A stretch of 37,385 bases of DNA. Source: Candidatus Spechtbacterales bacterium. Lineage in GTDB: Bacteria; Patescibacteriota; Minisyncoccia; Spechtbacterales; 2-12-FULL-38-22. Positions 1 to 9,026 of the stretch are shown in pieces. The notes beneath the pieces are model-generated. The model was not told the origin of the DNA, did no database searches, and saw nothing but the letters and a program-made list of their open reading frames with translations. Made by a program: the position numbers and the translations under genes. The stretch spans positions 20,125-57,509 of the forward strand of contig JBBDZE010000035.1 of NCBI GenBank assembly GCA_040900345.1. The letters are read 5' to 3'. Positions within the stretch are counted from its first letter, which is position 1. Each line of letters starts with the position of its first letter.

Positions 1-53
1 CCCCCCCCCCCTCTTCCTTTTTAAACTCCCTTTTCTTACAAAACCATCCACCC

Positions 54-89
54 TACACCCTGCACCTTTGTGGAAAGGTGCAGGGTGTA
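54..89. repeat. 16-bp inverted repeat with 4-nt loop upstream of the MFS promoter (terminator of an upstream gene or an operator)
   Basis: TACACCCTGCACCTTT-gtgg-AAAGGTGCAGGGTGTA. Confidence 0.6.
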
Positions 90-123
90 CGCATCGAGCT
101 TCAGCCTCTATACTAGATAGGTC

Positions 124-1302
124 ATGGATAAACGCATTCTTCTTCTCTACGGCACCGTTTTCATCAACATCATGAGTTTCGGGATGGTGTTCCCCCTCAT
201 CCCGCTCTTTGTTGAAAAGTTCGGTGCCACCGCCTTTGATATCGGCCTGTTGGCCGCTCTTTTTTCGATTGCGCAATTCATCGCCGCCCCCATCATGGGC
301 CGCGTCTCGGACCGCTTTGGCCGAAAACCGCTTATTATCTTTTCCATTATTACCGCGATGGCCTCGTTTGTGCTGACGGCCATTGCCCCAAACCTTATCG
401 TCGTGCACGTCGCCCGCTTCCTGTATGGCGTGGCCTCTGCCGGAAACTACCCCATTGCCATTGCCTACATTGCCGACATCACCAGCCCGGAAAAACGCGC
501 CGAATACATCGGTAAAGTTTCTGCCATGTTCGCCGTAGGATTTATGTTTGGCCCGGTTATGGGCGGCGTACTGGGCGGCTTTGGCCTATCCGTTGCGTTC
601 TTGGCGGCGGCGTTCGTCTCGCTGCTCAATCTTATCTTTGTCCTCACCTTGTTGCCCGAATCCATTAGTATCAAGACCGAAAAATTGGTTATCCGCCAAG
701 GCCTATTTAACATCAAAGAGATTTACCACGGCTTTCGGGGTGACTTTGGCGTCCTGTTCTTTATCCTCTTTACCTGGGCTTTTTACGTGGCCAACTTCCA
801 GGTTGCCATTCCGCTGTTTCTGGAAGAGATGTTCCGCTTAGGGCCGTTTGGCGCGGGTGTGTTTTTCTCGGTGGTGGGCGCGACGGCCGCCATCACGCAA
901 TGGTTCCTCCTGCCCAAAGTGCTCAAGCGCTTTGGCGAGATGCGCACCATTCTCTACGGCATCGTACTTATGATCCTCGGCCAGGCGTTTGCGCCCCTGC
1001 TGCCGTTTCTCGTATTCTTCTATTTCTTTTTCATTATCTCCATCATTGGCAGCGGACTCAATCGCCCTACCGTCAATGCTATGCTCTCGCGGGCGACCCA
1101 CGCGGGCCAGGGCGCGACGCTCGGCCTTGCCTTTTCGTTTGAAAGCTTGGGCCGCATTGCCGGCCCCCTTTTGGCCGGAGCCGTTATGGGAACATTTGGC
1201 CTTGCCTCTCCTTTCTGGCTCACCACCGCCATGCTTGTGCTTACTCTGTTCTTCTTTTGGCGAGTTGAAATGCGGCGCGGGAAACTTGCCCCCCTGCTAT
1301 AA
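124..1302 (+). CDS. MFS transporter, DHA1/TetA-like
   Basis: About 12 hydrophobic segments; motif A GRVSDRFGRKP; motif C-like GFMFGPVMGG; TATACT 9 nt before ATG. Confidence 0.9.
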   Translation: MDKRILLLYGTVFINIMSFGMVFPLIPLFVEKFGATAFDIGLLAALFSIAQFIAAPIMGRVSDRFGRKPLIIFSIITAMASFVLTAIAPNLIVVHVARFLYGVASAGNYPIAIAYIADITSPEKRAEYIGKVSAMFAVGFMFGPVMGGVLGGFGLSVAFLAAAFVSLLNLIFVLTLLPESISIKTEKLVIRQGLFNIKEIYHGFRGDFGVLFFILFTWAFYVANFQVAIPLFLEEMFRLGPFGAGVFFSVVGATAAITQWFLLPKVLKRFGEMRTILYGIVLMILGQAFAPLLPFLVFFYFFFIISIIGSGLNRPTVNAMLSRATHAGQGATLGLAFSFESLGRIAGPLLAGAVMGTFGLASPFWLTTAMLVLTLFFFWRVEMRRGKLAPLL

Positions 1303-1318
1303 CAAGCTTTTCTCCCTC

Positions 1319-1359
1319 GCATCCAAAAGCCCTCGGCAACGCCGAGGGCTTTTGGATGC
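1319..1359. terminator. Bidirectional intrinsic terminator between convergent MFS and pepA
   Basis: 19-bp arms GCATCCAAAAGCCCTCGGC/GCCGAGGGCTTTTGGATGC, 3-nt loop. Confidence 0.8.
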
Positions 1360-1386
1360 CTGCTTCTATGTCTACCTACGTTCTAT

Positions 1387-2877
1387 CTATGCCTCCTTGT
1401 GCTCTGCCATGTATCGGGCCAGCTCCACGAAGAAACGTACACCCGTGCCTTTAGCGCCCTTGGCAAGACGGTCCTGCTCGTTGGCAGTCATGGTGGGAGC
1501 CATATCAATATGCACCCACGGGAAGGAGACAAATTCGCGTAGGAACATAGCACCGGCTGTGGCACCGGCTTTGCCGCTTTTGCCACTGTTGGCTACATCG
1601 CCAAACGTTCCTTTGACATCCTCGGCATATTCTTCCCACATGGGCAGGGGCCACAGATAGTCCCCGCTGCGCTCGCCCAAATCGCGAAACAACTGCTCGC
1701 GCTTTTCGTCTTCCGTAAATAGTGCGTTGACCCGGTCGCCCAATGCCACCAGCGACGCGCCCGTGAGGGTTGCAATGTCTACCACCAGCCGCGGCTTGAA
1801 CCTGCTAGCATAACCCAGCGCGTCGGCCAAAATAATACGACCTTCAGCATCCGTATTTAATACTTCAATGGTTTTGCCTGTAATGGAACGCAGTATGTCC
1901 CCCGGACGATAACTGGAGCCCGAAGGCATGTTCTCTACGGCGGGCACGAGGCCAATCACGTGCAGGGGAATCCCCAAGCGGGCGATAGCGACCATTGCGT
2001 GAATGACCGCCGCCCCACCCGACATGTCCATATGCATTTCATAAATGGCCGGGGTCGGCTTGAGGTTGAGGCCGCCGGTGTCAAAGGTAACCCCCTTGCC
2101 CACCAGCACCAGCGGACGCCCTTTGTATGAACGGTGCTTGTACTCCATCATGATGAACTTGGGCCGGTCGTCGCTTCCCTGGCACACACCAATAACGCCG
2201 CCCATGCCAAGCTTGCGAATGGCGGGCTCATCCAGCACCGTTACCTTCACCTTGGCGGCGCGCCCGACTTTCTGAGCATGCTTGGCCAAGAGCGAGGGCG
2301 TCATATCGCCGCCCGGGGTGTTGGAAAGTAAACGAGTTTGATTGGTCTCTTCACCTACGATTACGCCACGCGCAATAGCTGCCTCGTATTGTTTCTTTTG
2401 CGACGGCGCGAACTTCGCCGCCAAATTAACTTGCGCAATGGTGGGCCAGCCCTCCTTGGGAACCTGTTTGTATTCATTGAATGCCAAGTTGGCCATGAGC
2501 AGTTCCATGGCAATCATCTCTAGAAGGGCCTCGTCTTCCTTTTCCGCACGGATGTCGTCAATGTCCACGGTGGCCTCGGTTACGCGACCCGCCTTCATTT
2601 CTCCCACCATGGCGCGCACCAAAATACGCGCGGCCCGCTGGTTCCAGGCCTCTTTGTTGCCTTTACCCAAAAGCAGCGCCGTGCTACCCGATGGCAAGAA
2701 CAGCGTATGGGATGCGCCTCGCCCTAACGGCGGCTTGTTTGTAAGGAAAAGTTGAATAAGGCCCAAGTCTTCAGGGCCCAGCTGTTTGCCCACATGCGCG
2801 GACACGCCGCCATTTTCAAATAGCGGCAAAATGTAATTCGTACGCTTCTTGTCGAGTGTTACCAGTTGAATTTTCAT
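1387..2877 (-). CDS. pepA: Leucyl aminopeptidase (M17); start moved to MKIQLV
   Basis: KGVTFDTGG, LNLKP, DMSGGA, NTDAEGR, DIATLTGA metal and catalytic motifs. Confidence 0.95.
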   Translation of the reverse strand: MKIQLVTLDKKRTNYILPLFENGGVSAHVGKQLGPEDLGLIQLFLTNKPPLGRGASHTLFLPSGSTALLLGKGNKEAWNQRAARILVRAMVGEMKAGRVTEATVDIDDIRAEKEDEALLEMIAMELLMANLAFNEYKQVPKEGWPTIAQVNLAAKFAPSQKKQYEAAIARGVIVGEETNQTRLLSNTPGGDMTPSLLAKHAQKVGRAAKVKVTVLDEPAIRKLGMGGVIGVCQGSDDRPKFIMMEYKHRSYKGRPLVLVGKGVTFDTGGLNLKPTPAIYEMHMDMSGGAAVIHAMVAIARLGIPLHVIGLVPAVENMPSGSSYRPGDILRSITGKTIEVLNTDAEGRIILADALGYASRFKPRLVVDIATLTGASLVALGDRVNALFTEDEKREQLFRDLGERSGDYLWPLPMWEEYAEDVKGTFGDVANSGKSGKAGATAGAMFLREFVSFPWVHIDMAPTMTANEQDRLAKGAKGTGVRFFVELARYMAEHKEA

Positions 2878-2946
2878 AGAAATATTCGCGTTAGGTGCAC
2901 GAGCAGTGTAGCAAAACACGCAGCGCGATTCAATATATAAACGAAT

Positions 2947-2972
2947 CGAGGGAGCCCCGTAGGGCTCCCTCG
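2947..2972 (-). terminator. Hairpin downstream of the 38-aa ORF
   Basis: CGAGGGAGCCC-cgta-GGGCTCCCTCG. Confidence 0.6.
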
Positions 2973-2998
2973 TGCAAACGGCGCCAATGGGGTTACCA

Positions 2999-3115
2999 TC
3001 AACGCCTCGTGGTCATCCAGCGAGCCAGAACGAACATACCAATAATGAACGCTCCCCAGACGAGCAGGCCGGCAGTTTCGGCAGCGTCGAGCCCTAAAAC
3101 GAGTAAACCGAGCAT
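2999..3115 (-). CDS. 38-aa small membrane protein (not in ORF track)
   Basis: MLGLLVLGLDAAETAGLLVWGAFIIGMFVLARWMTTRR*; SD-like TAGGAGAGAG upstream; hairpin downstream. Confidence 0.6.
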   Translation of the reverse strand: MLGLLVLGLDAAETAGLLVWGAFIIGMFVLARWMTTRR

Positions 3116-3197
3116 GAGTTCTCTCTCCTAAGTCTGCGCCACTCGGTCTGCCTTCCTATACCACAAACCGCACGAAATGCAAGAATGAATGCCCCCA

Positions 3198-3241
3198 CTT
3201 TTATCCTCTATCTCCGCAGCTGCGGAGATAGAGGATAAAAG
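3198..3241. repeat. Perfect 44-bp palindrome in a divergent intergenic region
   Basis: CTTTTATCCTCTATCTCCGCAG|CTGCGGAGATAGAGGATAAAAG. Confidence 0.9.
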
Positions 3242-3309
3242 GATGTAGTTACATTACTTATGCTTTCTTGCATTTCGCCCGCTCCATGCTACACTTGCAC
3301 CCAACAGAT

Positions 3310-4350
3310 ATGTCAATTGTACGCGCGCTTAAAACCCATCTGTCGTCGCTCGTTGTCGGCATTGTTGTCATCGTCCTTATCGCTATTGCGGGCGCTTTTG
3401 CCATACCCGCACTCTTGCAAGGACAAGAAGAGCTCCCCGGCCAACACGGCTTTTTCGTTGAGAACGAGCAATCCATTCAAGAGGAAGATAAGCTGACCAC
3501 CCTGTACTTTGTAGGCGATATGATGCTCACCCGCTCGGTGGGCATTAAAGCGCGCCAAAACGGCGAACCGTGCCGTTGGCCCTTTTTGCAAGTGGCCGAC
3601 TACCTCAAACAAGCCGACATCACGTTCGGCAACTTGGAAACAACCATTTCCGACCGCGGCGTCAACGTGGGCAGCATGTACTCGTTCCGTTCAAACCCGT
3701 GCGTAATGGAGGGCCTCACCCTGGCCGGCTTTGACGCCCTCTCCGTCGCTAATAACCACATAGGCGACTGGTCGCGCGTGGCCATGGAGGACACGTTCAC
3801 CCACTTGCAACAAAATAACATCGCCGTGGTGGGCGGAGGCTTTAGCGAAGAAGAGGCCTACTCAGCCCGCATTCTGGAAGCCAATGGCATGACATTTGCT
3901 TTCCTCGGCTATACCGACCTGGGCGCCCAATATACGCAAGCCAGGGGCGACGTCTCCGGCATTGCCTGGCTCGATAAAGAACGCATGGTAGAGAACATTC
4001 AGGCCGCCAAGCAGGGAGCCGATGTTGTCATTGTCTCCGTGCATATGGGCGTTGAGTACGAGACGACCTCTCGCCCCAACCAGCGCGAAATTGCCCGGGC
4101 CGCCATAGACGCCGGTGCCAAGCTGTTCATTGGGCACCATCCGCACGTCGTACAAGAGACCGAAGAATACCGTGACGGCTTTATCGCCTACAGCTTGGGC
4201 AACTTCGTCTTTGACCAATACTTCTCTGAGGAGACCATGCAAGGCATGCTGTTGGAAGTTGACATGCGGGGTGATGAAATTGTTGACGTCCGCGAGCGCA
4301 TGGTGCAGATCACCCGCGAATACCAGACGCTCCCACCCAGCGACGAATGA
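3310..4350 (+). CDS. CapA/PGA_cap family metallophosphoesterase with N-terminal anchor; start moved to MSIVRA
   Basis: VGDMML, GNLET, ANNHIGD, HMGVEY, GHHPHV, YSLGNFVFDQ. Confidence 0.9.
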   Translation: MSIVRALKTHLSSLVVGIVVIVLIAIAGAFAIPALLQGQEELPGQHGFFVENEQSIQEEDKLTTLYFVGDMMLTRSVGIKARQNGEPCRWPFLQVADYLKQADITFGNLETTISDRGVNVGSMYSFRSNPCVMEGLTLAGFDALSVANNHIGDWSRVAMEDTFTHLQQNNIAVVGGGFSEEEAYSARILEANGMTFAFLGYTDLGAQYTQARGDVSGIAWLDKERMVENIQAAKQGADVVIVSVHMGVEYETTSRPNQREIARAAIDAGAKLFIGHHPHVVQETEEYRDGFIAYSLGNFVFDQYFSEETMQGMLLEVDMRGDEIVDVRERMVQITREYQTLPPSDE

Positions 4351-4370
4351 TCCACGTATATACGTGCTTC

Positions 4371-4406
4371 CCAACCAAAAACCGCCCAGGGGCGGTTTTT
4401 GGTTGG
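4371..4406. terminator. Bidirectional terminator ending the CapA gene and the copper operon
   Basis: CCAACCAAAAACCGCCC..GGGCGGTTTTTGGTTGG. Confidence 0.8.
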
Positions 4407-4419
4407 ACAAGGTGATGTT

Positions 4420-4626
4420 TTAGGCTACATCGCCTTTTTGTTTTGAAGGATGGCCGGGCGCACTTTCCTCCGGCGCAATCGCATGCTCCGTTATCTCAAT
4501 ATTGCAGCTCTTATGCTTACGGCACCATGCTTCGCACTTCTCGGCCAACTCTTGTTCGGCGTACTGCAAGCCGCACTCTTGGCACTGGTAGCGCTGTCCT
4601 GTTTTTGTAGAGATGGTCTTCACCAT
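4420..4626 (-). CDS. Small Cys-rich metal-binding protein
   Basis: YQCQECG..KCEAWC..HKSC; starts 2 nt after the upstream stop. Confidence 0.75.
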   Translation of the reverse strand: MVKTISTKTGQRYQCQECGLQYAEQELAEKCEAWCRKHKSCNIEITEHAIAPEESAPGHPSKQKGDVA

Positions 4627-4628
4627 AG

Positions 4629-5258
4629 TTACTCGTAGCGTATCTCTATTTTGTCGCCGTCGTTCACCTGGTAGTTTTCAAACTCACCATTCTCTTCCCC
4701 GTTCACCAGCATTTTGATGGTTCCGTCATCGCTGTTGCACGCATCCAGAATGCAGGTACTGGTAAAGGTTGCGTCCCACACCTCAAAGAATCTGCCAACG
4801 GTGACGTCGCGTTTCGCCACCGGCCCGCGCGCTACTTCCCAGTGCAGCGTGCCCGAAGCATCGTGCGTGTGAATAGGGGCCATGCCCATGCGACTATCGT
4901 ACAGCGGGTCGTCTTTATAGGCTGATCCGATGCCAACATTCGCAGGTATCGTAACCTCCTCTCCCCGCACAACGATCTTCAGTTCCGGATGCCAGTGGAT
5001 GCCGCTCTGCGACGCGATATCCTCTTGAGGGATATCAGCGCTCGGCGACGAGGGGAGTGCATTCACAGCCCAAGCCCCTACTACGATGATGCCCGCTACG
5101 ACCGCTGCAGTGGTCACCGCTTTTTTGATCGCCTTCCCTCGAGCAGCTTGCTCTCGCTCTTCGCGCTTCTGCTGGCGCTTCAGCTCCCTGCGCTCGTTTT
5201 TGGTAGGCTGCTCCTTCTCGTGTAATTCCTGCTTGAACTGATCTTCCATAGTGCTCAT
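4629..5258 (-). CDS. Membrane-anchored hypothetical protein with HWH and HTHD..LH putative metal sites
   Basis: Charged N-terminus, one TM, IHWHPEL, IHTHDASGTLHWE, C-terminal YQVNDGDKIEIRYE. Confidence 0.8.
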   Translation of the reverse strand: MSTMEDQFKQELHEKEQPTKNERRELKRQQKREEREQAARGKAIKKAVTTAAVVAGIIVVGAWAVNALPSSPSADIPQEDIASQSGIHWHPELKIVVRGEEVTIPANVGIGSAYKDDPLYDSRMGMAPIHTHDASGTLHWEVARGPVAKRDVTVGRFFEVWDATFTSTCILDACNSDDGTIKMLVNGEENGEFENYQVNDGDKIEIRYE

Positions 5259-5267
5259 AGACAGTGA

Positions 5268-5840
5268 TTACCACTGCCGCATTATTTCTATCTCGTCGTT
5301 CTGCGCCTCAACGATGTTCTGCGCGAGCTCCTTCATTTCAGGTCGTTCGGTTGATGCCTCCAACATCTGCGCCATCATAATCGCCATATCATGGTGGACA
5401 ATCATTTGGGAGGCGAACTCGCGGTCGAAATCCTCTGCGCTCTGTAATGCCTCAAGATCTCCTTCCATACCCTGCATAGTGCCCGTCATGCCGTGCCCGG
5501 CGTGTCCCCCAACATTGTCCGGGACTTCGCCTCCGAACCACTCCCGATACCACTGCCGCATTTGTACAATCTCTTCCGTTTGCGCTTGTACAATGACTGC
5601 CGCAAGCGTTCGCACCTCTGGATTAGAAGAACGCTCAAGCGCAATATCCGCCATAGCAATCGCCCCTTCGTGGTGAGGAATCATCTGCTCAATGAAATAC
5701 CGGTCGATGTTCCCTTCCATCATGCTTGTGTTACTCTCCACGGAACTATCGGCTCTGCTCAATCCTAGCGCATACCCAACCGTAAGCCCGATCAATAGGG
5801 CGAGGACGGCAACGATAATGATTGTATTTTTTGCTTCCAT
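5268..5840 (-). CDS. DUF305 (CopM-like) ferritin-like copper-binding protein; start moved to MEAKNT
   Basis: Two repeats MIPHHEGAIAMA / MIVHHDMAIMMA and QTEEI / QNDEI..M..W. Confidence 0.9.
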   Translation of the reverse strand: MEAKNTIIIVAVLALLIGLTVGYALGLSRADSSVESNTSMMEGNIDRYFIEQMIPHHEGAIAMADIALERSSNPEVRTLAAVIVQAQTEEIVQMRQWYREWFGGEVPDNVGGHAGHGMTGTMQGMEGDLEALQSAEDFDREFASQMIVHHDMAIMMAQMLEASTERPEMKELAQNIVEAQNDEIEIMRQW

Positions 5841-5896
5841 AATTGTGTCGCTAAATCCACATCTAGATAAGGAATAAGCATGCAAGACCAACGGCA

Positions 5897-6111
5897 CTAT
5901 GGAGCGCGAGGATATATGGCACCCCCTAATACAACCCTGAGGGCTAAACGATAGTGCCCTCGCAACCGAACCTCATACAGCAACCGCGACAGTTGAGGTG
6001 GTCCTAGAAGATACTGTGCCGCTTTAATAATCAAAAACACAATGAAGAACGCGGCGAGTGCTAGAAGTGCCGGCGTGCGGCCGCAAGAATAACAAAGATT
6101 GTTAATCTCAT
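5897..6111 (-). pseudogene. Frameshifted small membrane ORF ending YPRAP* (DUF2946/RAPP-like candidate)
   Basis: ATG at 6111 overlaps the upstream stop (ATGA) and gives MRLTIFVILAAA..; a second frame gives ..LLALAAFFIVFLII..GAIYPRAP*; the 215-nt span is one base short of 72 codons. Confidence 0.5.
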
Positions 6112-6551
6112 TGTTTTTTATTATTGATAACAATTCGCTGAAGAATAAAGACAAGCGCCGCAATGCCCACTCCGAGCCAGACCAGCCAGGTGAGGGCAAT
6201 GAACCAGCCGAACGCTCCTCCGTCCCATCCCATATGACCCCATCCTTGCACATCGCCGGACATACCGAAGCGATTCATCATCATGCTGCTCGGCGTGGGG
6301 TTTTGCTGCATGAGGTCAACAAGACGGTCGGCCTCTGCCTCGCTTAATTCGCCCTCCCACATCCTCTCCATCAGCACTTCCATTTCTTCATGGACGTCTT
6401 CATCCATGAGGCGCTCTTCCATGTAGCGCATCATCATATCGTGAGAGCCGGCTTCGCTCAAGGTCACCGGGCCATGGGCCGCGGCAAACGTGCCGGACAT
6501 CACGAAAAGAACCGCGAGCACACTGGTAACTATAATTGTTTTCATACACAT
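6108..6551 (-). CDS. Met/His-rich exported or membrane protein in the copper operon
   Basis: Signal peptide, HDMMM, HEEMEVLM, C-terminal TM; 3 nt from copB stop. Confidence 0.75.
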   Translation of the reverse strand: MCMKTIIVTSVLAVLFVMSGTFAAAHGPVTLSEAGSHDMMMRYMEERLMDEDVHEEMEVLMERMWEGELSEAEADRLVDLMQQNPTPSSMMMNRFGMSGDVQGWGHMGWDGGAFGWFIALTWLVWLGVGIAALVFILQRIVINNKKQ

Positions 6552-6554
6552 ATA

Positions 6555-8585
6555 TTAATTATGAAATCGGTAATTTTTTAAAAGGGAAGCGTTGACGGCC
6601 ACGATAATTGTTGAAGCCGACATAAGGATGGCTCCCACCGCCGGACTTAGGACAATACCGACGCCTGCCAATACGCCCGCCGCAAGCGGCAGGGCTACAA
6701 TGTTATATCCTGTCGCCCACCATAAGTTCTGCACCATTTTCCGATATGTCTGCTTGGCCAAACCAACCACTAAAACGACGTCCATTGGGTTATTACGCAC
6801 AAGCACAATGTCAGCCGCCTCAATGGCAACATCAGTACCGGCACCAATGGCAATGCCAACGTCGGCCGTGGCGAGTGCGGGCGCATCATTGACGCCATCG
6901 CCCACCATGGCTACCTTCAAGCCACGTGAACGCACCTGGCGAATTCTTTCGGCCTTGCGGTCGGGGGGCACGGCGGCGAAGTACTCATCAATGCCGAGTT
7001 CATGCGCCACGCGCCGTGCAACGGCTTCGTTGTCCCCCGTGAGCATTATTGTACGAATGCCCATCTCCTTGAGGCGAGTAACGGCCGCGCGCGACTCTTC
7101 GCGCACCTCGTCGTCAAGAGCGATGGCAAGGACGAGTCGGCCATCCACCGCCACATAGACCGTCGTCTTCCCCTCTTCGCTGACACGCTCAATTACCGCC
7201 TTGTCGGCAAAAAGACCGGCCTCACTAAAATAAGCAGGGCTCGCCACAACAACACTGCGGCCCTCAACCATGCCCGTTGCACCCTTGCCGGGAATATTTT
7301 GAAAATTACTCACCGGGGCCACTCTGCCAGCGCGCTCCATAATGGCGCCGGCAATCGGGTGCTCGCTGTGCGCCTCCACCGAGGCGGCTAACCGCAAGGC
7401 CTCGTCCTTGTCAAACGCATCACCCAAGGCCATAACATCGCTTACAACAAACGAACCTTTCGTGAGCGTGCCGGTCTTGTCAAACACCACGGCATCCAAC
7501 TCCCGCGCCTGCTCAAACGCGTTACGGTCACGGATTAGCAGCCCATTGCGCGCCGAAAGCGACGTGGAGAACGCCACCACCAGCGGAACGGCCAACCCCA
7601 ACGCGTGCGGACAGGCGATTACCACGACGGCTATCATACGCTGGAGAGCAAAGTCTGTTTCAGCACCCAAGAAAACAAGCCACGCCGTAAGGGTTAGCGC
7701 CCCACCGCCCAACGCAATGACCGTGAGCCACATGGCCGCACGGTTGGCCAAATTCTGCGTGCGTGATTTGCCGGCCTGCGCCTGCTCCACCAAGCTAATA
7801 ACGCTGGCCAAGAACGTGTCCTTGCCCAGTTTACGAATATCCACAATAACGGAACCGTCGGCGTTTATGGAGCCACCAATTACTTCACTGCCCTGGCGCT
7901 TTTCAACCGGCTTGCTCTCACCGGTCAGCATGGCTTCGTTTACGCTCGTCACACCCTCCACCACTACGCCATCCACCGGTATCTTCTCGCCGGGCTTCAC
8001 AAGAACGCGCTCGCCCACGCGCAATTCGGCCACGTCAACATCGCGCGTCTCGCCGTTCGCAAATAGTTTATGAGCCGTCTGCGGCATAAGTTTACTCAAC
8101 TCTTCCAGCGCGCGCGAGGCACCCAATACCGAACGCATCTCCAGCCAATGGCCAAGTAACATAATGTCCACCAATGTGACGAGTTCCCAAAAGAGCGTCT
8201 CGCCGGGGGTGATGCCCGCCATAACCGCTGTCGAATACCAAAAGGCCGCGCTAATGGCCGTGGCCACGAGCGTCATCATGCCCGGCTGCTTGGCCAAAAC
8301 CTCTTCCCAAAGCCCCTTCAAGAACGGCCAGCCGCCCCAGGCATATACCAAGGCGGCAAGCGCAAATACGAACGTGCCGCTGCCCGGGAAGGTAATGCTC
8401 GGTAGGCCGAACACACCTTGCAGGAACGGAGAGAGCGCCAGCACCGGAATACTGGAGACCAGTGAGATCCAAAAGCGCCGACGAAAATCTACCACCATGT
8501 GCGCGTGGTGGTTTTCGTGGCCGCCATGGTGCTCAAGCGCCTCATGCTCTGCTACTGAATGGTGTGCGTGTTCTGCGTGGCTCAT
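6555..8585 (-). CDS. copB: Copper-translocating P1B-type ATPase (CopB, P1B-3)
   Basis: His-rich N-terminus, TGES, CPH, DKTGT, SEHP, GDGVND, YN and MSAST TM motifs. Confidence 0.95.
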   Translation of the reverse strand: MSHAEHAHHSVAEHEALEHHGGHENHHAHMVVDFRRRFWISLVSSIPVLALSPFLQGVFGLPSITFPGSGTFVFALAALVYAWGGWPFLKGLWEEVLAKQPGMMTLVATAISAAFWYSTAVMAGITPGETLFWELVTLVDIMLLGHWLEMRSVLGASRALEELSKLMPQTAHKLFANGETRDVDVAELRVGERVLVKPGEKIPVDGVVVEGVTSVNEAMLTGESKPVEKRQGSEVIGGSINADGSVIVDIRKLGKDTFLASVISLVEQAQAGKSRTQNLANRAAMWLTVIALGGGALTLTAWLVFLGAETDFALQRMIAVVVIACPHALGLAVPLVVAFSTSLSARNGLLIRDRNAFEQARELDAVVFDKTGTLTKGSFVVSDVMALGDAFDKDEALRLAASVEAHSEHPIAGAIMERAGRVAPVSNFQNIPGKGATGMVEGRSVVVASPAYFSEAGLFADKAVIERVSEEGKTTVYVAVDGRLVLAIALDDEVREESRAAVTRLKEMGIRTIMLTGDNEAVARRVAHELGIDEYFAAVPPDRKAERIRQVRSRGLKVAMVGDGVNDAPALATADVGIAIGAGTDVAIEAADIVLVRNNPMDVVLVVGLAKQTYRKMVQNLWWATGYNIVALPLAAGVLAGVGIVLSPAVGAILMSASTIIVAVNASLLKNYRFHN

Positions 8586-8851
8586 GTCCGCTTGGAAAGC
8601 TTATAGACTTTCACCATCTCCTGTACTGCCTTGGCGCGTTGGCCGCTCTGCATCTGCTCGACCACACACGTGTTGAGGTGGTTTTCGAGCAGAGTATTTT
8701 CAACTGAAGAAAGCGCCTCCTTCACGGCGCTGGTCTGCCCAAGAATATCTACACAGTAGGTGTCTTCCTCGGCCAGGCGCTGCAGCCCGCGCACTTGCCC
8801 CTCAATAATTTTGAGGCGGCGCAGAACCTTTGATCGAGTTGCGTTATCCAT
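8582..8851 (-). CDS. csoR: CsoR/RcnR-family metal-sensing repressor; start moved to MDNATR
   Basis: [23 protein letters not shown] (C-H-C ligands); 4-bp overlap with copB. Confidence 0.9.
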   Translation of the reverse strand: MDNATRSKVLRRLKIIEGQVRGLQRLAEEDTYCVDILGQTSAVKEALSSVENTLLENHLNTCVVEQMQSGQRAKAVQEMVKVYKLSKRT

Positions 8852-8857
8852 ACCATC

Positions 8858-8887
8858 ATTATACCCCCTGGGGGTATCATGATGCAA
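8858..8887 (-). promoter_or_regulatory. csoR promoter (TTGCAT-N18-TATAAT) overlapped by a CsoR-type operator at 8861-8877
   Basis: ATACCCCC-T-GGGGGTAT inverted repeat; TATAAT ends 6 nt before ATG. Confidence 0.85.
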
Positions 8888-8924
8888 CCAAAGAGCCGCC
8901 TTGCAAGGCGGCTCTTTGGTTGCA
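8883..8924. terminator. Perfect 42-bp palindrome, likely terminator downstream of the DUF1761 gene
   Basis: TGCAACCAAAGAGCCGCCTTG|CAAGGCGGCTCTTTGGTTGCA. Confidence 0.75.
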
Positions 8925-8974
8925 AGTTTAGGCGGTGTACCTACCCAAGGTTCCTTTGGAAATTTAGGCGGCCA

Positions 8975-9026
8975 GCCCCGTTAGAGGCCGCGAGGGCCCG
9001 CAGCGTGCCTCTGCCTCTAACGGGGC
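8975..9026. repeat. REP/MITE-like inverted repeat overlapping the DUF1761 stop codon
   Basis: GCCCCGTTAGAGGC (8975-8988) / GCCTCTAACGGGGC (9013-9026). Confidence 0.6.

Noticed and set aside
1-50. Poly-C start (and poly-G end at 37377-37385) as terminal inverted repeats or telomeres
   Set aside because: Homopolymer and low-complexity ends are typical of two-colour sequencing artefacts at contig ends; there is no further end-to-end similarity
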